Part shown: piece by piece, positions 36,298 through 40,139 of the stretch
Position numbering within the stretch: the first letter of the stretch is position 1
How the letters are laid out: each line of letters opens with the position of its first letter
Source: an uncultured Gemmatimonadota bacterium
GTDB taxonomy: Bacteria > Gemmatimonadota > Gemmatimonadetes > Palauibacterales > Palauibacteraceae
Assembly (NCBI GenBank): GCA_964450995.1
Contig: CAYVFM010000003.1
Location: 1-40,139, forward strand
DNA length: 40,139 nucleotides
Reading direction: 5' to 3'
Notes under the pieces: generated by a model
Database searches by the model: none
The model's input: the letters and a program-made list of their open reading frames with translations, nothing else
Told to the model about the DNA's origin: nothing
Translations under genes and position numbers: made by a program

Positions 36298-37190
36298 GCC
36301 TCCTCCACCAGCTCCACCAGCATCGAGAGGTCCAGGGCCGGCGCCGAGTGCGTCAGGGCCCCCACCGAGATCAGGTCCACCCCGGTCCCGGCCACCTCCC
36401 GGACCGACTCCAGGGTCACCCCTCCCGACGCCTCCAGCAGGGGCCGGTCCTCCGGGTCCAGCTCCCGGGTCCGGCGCACCGCCCGGCGCAGCTCGTCGGG
36501 GTCCATGTTGTCCAGCAGGATTCGCTCCGGCGACCCCGCCAGCGCCGCCTCCAGCTCCTCCCGCCCGGTGACCTCCACCTCCACGGCGAGGCCCGCGTCC
36601 CGGGCCCGGGGGCGGACCGCCTCCAGGGCCGCCGCCACCCCGCCGGCCGCCCGCAGGTGGTTCTCCTTCAGCAGGACCATGTCGTCCAGGCCCATCCGGT
36701 GGTTCACCGCGCCCCCGGCCGCCGTGGCCGCCTTCTCGAGCCGCCGCCAGCCGGGGGTCGTCTTCCGGGTGTCGGTGATCCGGCAGCCGGTGCCCTCCAC
36801 CGCCGCCACGAACCGGGCGGTGAGGGTCGCCACGCCGGAGAGCCGTCCCAGGAAGTTCAGGGCCGTCCGCTCGGCGGCCAGCAGCGCCGCCAGCGGTCCC
36901 TCGATCCGGGCCACCGTCGCCCCGGCCTCCACCAGGTCGCCGTCGGCAGCCCGCCAGCCCGGCTCCGCCCCCGCGTCCAGCAGGCGGAAGGCCAGCCCCG
37001 CGGGCTCGGTGCCGGCCACCACGCCCGACGCCCGGGCCACGATCCGGGCCCGGCCACGGGCCCCGGCGGGCACGCTCCACTCGGTGGTCCGGTCCCCGGC
37101 GCCCAGGTCCTCCGCCAGGGCCGCCTCCACCAGCTCCCGGACGTCCAGCGGCCCCCGGCCCGGCGCCGCGCCGCCCGCCGGTCCGCTCAC
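36294..37190 (-). CDS. nadC: Nicotinate-nucleotide diphosphorylase (quinolinate phosphoribosyltransferase)
   Basis: LVEAALAEDLGAGDRTT..., AERTALNFLGRLSGVATLT, ITDTRKTTPGWRRLEKAATAAGGAVNHRMGLDDMVLLKENH, ILLDNM and EASGGV are present. The GTG start overlaps the uppP TGA (GTGA). 298 aa. Confidence 0.92.
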   Translation of the reverse strand: MSGPAGGAAPGRGPLDVRELVEAALAEDLGAGDRTTEWSVPAGARGRARIVARASGVVAGTEPAGLAFRLLDAGAEPGWRAADGDLVEAGATVARIEGPLAALLAAERTALNFLGRLSGVATLTARFVAAVEGTGCRITDTRKTTPGWRRLEKAATAAGGAVNHRMGLDDMVLLKENHLRAAGGVAAALEAVRPRARDAGLAVEVEVTGREELEAALAGSPERILLDNMDPDELRRAVRRTRELDPEDRPLLEASGGVTLESVREVAGTGVDLISVGALTHSAPALDLSMLVELVEEA

Positions 37191-37984
37191 CGCAGCCCCG
37201 GGATCAGCCAGGCCGCCGCCAGGTAGCCGCCGCCGACGGCCCAGCAGTACCAGCCGAAGCGGTGGAAGGCCCGGGCCTCCAGCGTGCGGACGAAGAGCCG
37301 GATCGCGGCCACGCCAGCAACCAGGGCGGCCCCGAAGCCCACCGCCAGCGGGAGCGCTGCCCCGCTCAGCGCCCCCGGCTCCAGCCCCCACCCCTGCAGC
37401 AGGGCCGCGCCGCCGATGGCCGGGACGGACATCAGGAAGGAGAACTCGGCCATCCGGACGGCGTCCACCCCCCGCCAGACCCCGGCGGCCACGGTGGCCC
37501 CGGAGCGCGAGATCCCCGGCAGGAGGGACAGGGCCTGGGCGAAGCCCGCCCAGAGAGCCGGTCCGGCCCCGGGCTCGTCGGCCTCCGCCCGGCGGGCCGT
37601 CCACTTCAGCGTCCACACCAGGCAGCCGGTGACCAGCAGCATGGCCGCCGCCAGGATCGGCCGGTCGAAAGCCCCCTCCACCGTCTCCCGGGCCGCCAGG
37701 CCGGCGGCGGCCGCCGGCAGCGACGCCAGGGCCAGCAGGCCGACGTAGCGCAGGCTCGCCCGGTCGCCCCGGACGAGGCCCGCCGTCAGCTCCGCCACCC
37801 GTCCGCGGTAGACCCAGAGCACGGCCCCCAGGGTGGCCACGTGGACGGTGATCTCGAAGAGGACGCCGGGCAGGGAGACCCCGAGCACCGCCTGCGCCAG
37901 CACCAGGTGACCGCTGCTGGAGACGGGCAGGAACTCGGTCAGCCCCTGGACGACCCCCAGCAGCGCCGCCTCGAGAGGGGTCAC
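37187..37984 (-). CDS. uppP: Undecaprenyl-diphosphate phosphatase
   Basis: (V)TPLEAALLGVVQGLTEFLPVSSSGHLVLAQ... and LLPGISRSGATVAAGV... are BacA/UppP signatures, with multiple TM helices. The GTG start overlaps the bshA TGA (GTGA). 265 aa. Confidence 0.92.
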   Translation of the reverse strand: MTPLEAALLGVVQGLTEFLPVSSSGHLVLAQAVLGVSLPGVLFEITVHVATLGAVLWVYRGRVAELTAGLVRGDRASLRYVGLLALASLPAAAAGLAARETVEGAFDRPILAAAMLLVTGCLVWTLKWTARRAEADEPGAGPALWAGFAQALSLLPGISRSGATVAAGVWRGVDAVRMAEFSFLMSVPAIGGAALLQGWGLEPGALSGAALPLAVGFGAALVAGVAAIRLFVRTLEARAFHRFGWYCWAVGGGYLAAAWLIPGLR

Positions 37985-39135
37985 GCGCGCCCGTCCCCGG
38001 CCCCGCCGCCCTCCAGCACCCGGCGGTAGCAGGCCTCGTAGCGGGGCACCACCTCGTCGGCCGAGAAGCGCTCCACCGCCCGCCGCCGGCCCGCCGTCGA
38101 GAAGCGATCCCATCGGTCCCGGTCGGCCAGGAGCTCCAGGGCGCTGGCCGCCATCGCCTCCACGTCGCCCACCGGGTGCAGGTGGCCCGAGACCCCGTCC
38201 TCCACCACCTCGGCCAGGCCGCTGCCGGCGCTCCCTACCACCGGCACGCCGCTGGCCATGGCCTCCAGGGCCACCAGGCCGAAGGACTCCTCCTCGCTGG
38301 GCAGGAGGAAGAGGTCGGCGCAGGCCAGCAGCTCGGCCACCGACTCCAGCTTCCCCAGGAAGATGACGTCGTCCGAGGTGCCGAGCTCGCGGGCCGCGTC
38401 CTCGGCCTCGCCCCGCTCCGGCCCGTCGCCGATCATCACCAGCCGGGCCGGCATCTCTTCCCGGACGGCGGCGTGGATCCGGACCACGTCCACGACGCGC
38501 TTGACGGGCCGGAAGTTGGAGATGTGCATCAGGATCTCCTGGCCCTCCGGGGCCAGCGTCGACCGGTGGCAGGGGTAGGCGTCCCGGTCGAACTCGTCGG
38601 TGTCCACGAAGTTGGGGATCACCTCGATCCGGTCCTCCGCGACGCCGAACGCCTCGCCCGTCTCCTCGCGGAGCCAGTCGGAGACCGCGGTCAGGCCGTC
38701 GGACTTCTCGATGGAGAAGCGGGTGATGGAGCGGAAGGAGTCGTCCTGGCCCACCAGCGTGATGTCGGTGCCGTGGAGGGTGGTGACCACCTTCACGTCG
38801 TCCCCCTCGGCCCGGAGCATCTCGCGCGTGATCCAGCCGCTGGTGGCGTGGGGGAGCGCGTAGTGGACGTGGAGCAGATCCAGCCCGTGCTCCCGGACGA
38901 CCTCGTGGAGGGAGACCGCCAGCGCCAGCGAGTAGGGGGGATACTCGAAGAGCGGGTAGGGCATCATCTCCACCTCGTGGAAGTAGACGCCCTCCCGAAA
39001 CCGGTCCAGGCGGAACGGCTGGGCGTACGAGACGAAGTGCACCTCGTGGCCCCGCCGGGCCAGCTCGAGCCCCAGCTCGGTGGCCACGGCGCCGGACCCG
39101 CCGTAGGTGGGATAGCAGGTGATCCCGATCTTCAT
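37981..39135 (-). CDS. bshA: GT4 glycosyltransferase, most likely N-acetyl-alpha-D-glucosaminyl L-malate synthase (bacillithiol biosynthesis)
   Basis: MKIGITCYPTYGGSGAVATELGLELARRGHEVHF..., YFHEVE, YPPYSLALA, LLHVHYALPHA, VVTTLHGTDITLVG, RFSIEKSDGLTAVS, HISNFRPVKRV, LVMIGDGPE, LLPSEEESFGLVALEAMASGVP and VSGHL. This matches my recollection of Bacillus BshA along the whole length. The ATG overlaps the miaA TGA (ATGA). Confidence 0.82.
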   Translation of the reverse strand: MKIGITCYPTYGGSGAVATELGLELARRGHEVHFVSYAQPFRLDRFREGVYFHEVEMMPYPLFEYPPYSLALAVSLHEVVREHGLDLLHVHYALPHATSGWITREMLRAEGDDVKVVTTLHGTDITLVGQDDSFRSITRFSIEKSDGLTAVSDWLREETGEAFGVAEDRIEVIPNFVDTDEFDRDAYPCHRSTLAPEGQEILMHISNFRPVKRVVDVVRIHAAVREEMPARLVMIGDGPERGEAEDAARELGTSDDVIFLGKLESVAELLACADLFLLPSEEESFGLVALEAMASGVPVVGSAGSGLAEVVEDGVSGHLHPVGDVEAMAASALELLADRDRWDRFSTAGRRRAVERFSADEVVPRYEACYRRVLEGGGAGDGRA

Positions 39136-40115
39136 GGCCCTCCGTCGCCGTCCTTCCCGTCCCGCTCCGTCGCCTTCCGCCAGGCCGTCTCGATCCGGGC
39201 GACAAGCTCGTCGGCCGGCCGCCCCGCGTCCAGCCTCAGGGCGTCCTCCGGGACCTGGTGGCGGAACCAGGTCCGCTGGCGCCGGGCGTACTGCCAGGTG
39301 GAGGCGGCGATCCGGTCGACCGCCTCCTCCCGGCCGATCTCACCGTCGAGCAGGTCGGCCACCTCGTCGTAGCCCACCGCCGTGAAGGGCGGGTCGCCGG
39401 GGCCGAATCCCGCCGTCCGGAGACGGTCGACCTCCTCCGACCAGCCCGCGTCGAGCTGCCGCTCGATCCGGCGCCGGATCCGCTCGCGCAGGGGGCCGCG
39501 CTCCATCTCCAGCACCGCCGTCAGCGCGTCCACCGGGGGCGCCTCCGGCTCGCCGTGGCGATGCCACCAGCTCAGCGGCCGGCCCGAGAGGAGGGCGAGC
39601 TCCAGGGTCCGGGCGCACCGCTGGGGGTCCAGCCCGTCCAGCCCGTCCGCCAGCTCCGGGTCCAGCCGCCGGGTCCAGCGGCGAAGCTCGTCGTCGGGCC
39701 GGTCCTCCAGCCAGGCCTCCAGGGCCGCCCGGCGGTCCTCGTCCATCGGCGGCTCCTCGAAGACCGGGTCGGTGAGGGCGCGGAGGAAGAGCCCGGTCCC
39801 GCCGGCCAGGATCGGCACCCCGCCTCGGCCCCGGATCTCCGCGATCCAGCCCCGGGCGAGGCGGGCGAACCGGCCGGCGCCGTAGCGCTCGTCGGGGTCG
39901 AGGAAGGCGACGCCGTGGTGGGGGACCCGGCGGCGCTGCTCCCGGCCGGGGGCGGCGGTGCCCACCTCCATGCCGCGGTACGCCTGGCGGCTGTCCAGGG
40001 AGATCACCTCGCCCCCGAGCCGCTCGGCGAGCCGCACCGCCAGCTCGCTCTTCCCGGTGGCGGTGGGGCCCACCACCGCCAGGGCGTCCGGCCCGTCCTC
40101 GTCCGGCCGGCTCAC
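39132..40115 (-). CDS. miaA: tRNA dimethylallyltransferase
   Basis: LAVVGPTATGKSELAVRLAERLGGEVISLDSRQAYRGMEVGTAAP..., VPHHGVAFLDP and ILAGGTGLFLRAL are present. The GTG start at 40115 overlaps a TGA at 40114-40112. Confidence 0.93.
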   Translation of the reverse strand: MSRPDEDGPDALAVVGPTATGKSELAVRLAERLGGEVISLDSRQAYRGMEVGTAAPGREQRRRVPHHGVAFLDPDERYGAGRFARLARGWIAEIRGRGGVPILAGGTGLFLRALTDPVFEEPPMDEDRRAALEAWLEDRPDDELRRWTRRLDPELADGLDGLDPQRCARTLELALLSGRPLSWWHRHGEPEAPPVDALTAVLEMERGPLRERIRRRIERQLDAGWSEEVDRLRTAGFGPGDPPFTAVGYDEVADLLDGEIGREEAVDRIAASTWQYARRQRTWFRHQVPEDALRLDAGRPADELVARIETAWRKATERDGKDGDGGP

Positions 40116-40139
40116 GTCCGTCCGAACCGGCGCTCCAGC
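40112..40139 (-). CDS. 3' end of an unidentified upstream gene
   Basis: The minus-strand frame ending ...LERRFGRT-TGA overlaps the miaA GTG (GTGA), matching the coupling pattern seen throughout the window. Only 8 codons are visible, so identity cannot be assessed. Confidence 0.3.

Overview
Very GC-rich bacterial chromosomal window (judged by eye, not computed). It is densely packed: 34 of the 36 protein-coding genes called below, plus one tRNA, are on the minus strand. Many neighbouring genes are joined by 4-nt start/stop overlaps (ATGA, GTGA, TTGA). Minus-strand gene order from high to low coordinates: (unknown 3' end)-miaA-bshA-uppP-nadC-birA-coaX | groES-groEL | Ig-like/HExxH metalloprotease lipoprotein + small lipoprotein | thrS | prfC | rpmI-rplT-pheS-pheT-coiled-coil gene-zapA | rny-folD-xseA-xseB-ispA-nadK-recN | tRNA-Cys | RND efflux operon (adaptor-TolC-like-RND-RND-lipoprotein, which runs off the window start). 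The only plus-strand genes are a 66-aa two-TM protein (34475..34675) and a 577-aa putative outer-membrane beta-barrel protein (10094..11827). Most long ORFs in the supplied track are antisense shadow ORFs or 5' over-extensions typical of high-GC DNA, so I re-derived starts from homology onset, SD motifs and stop/start overlaps. I see no transposase, integrase, CRISPR array, restriction system, toxin-antitoxin pair or other recognisable defence or mobile system; the window is mostly housekeeping. The least conventional parts are: (a) the coupled metalloprotease-lipoprotein plus small-lipoprotein pair; (b) the efflux operon with two tandem RND permeases, an unusual gene order and a coupled lipoprotein; (c) the family-less outer-membrane protein beside tRNA-Cys; (d) the thrS/rpmI neighbourhood, which has prfC where infC is normally found, a C-terminally extended L35 and a repeat-bearing leader; (e) a structured ~180-nt segment between zapA and a terminator-like hairpin, a possible 6S-type RNA. 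A diderm lineage such as Gemmatimonadota is my guess from gene content (TolC-like protein, RNase Y, BshA, DSAGVRIVE-type lipoprotein). That is inference only.
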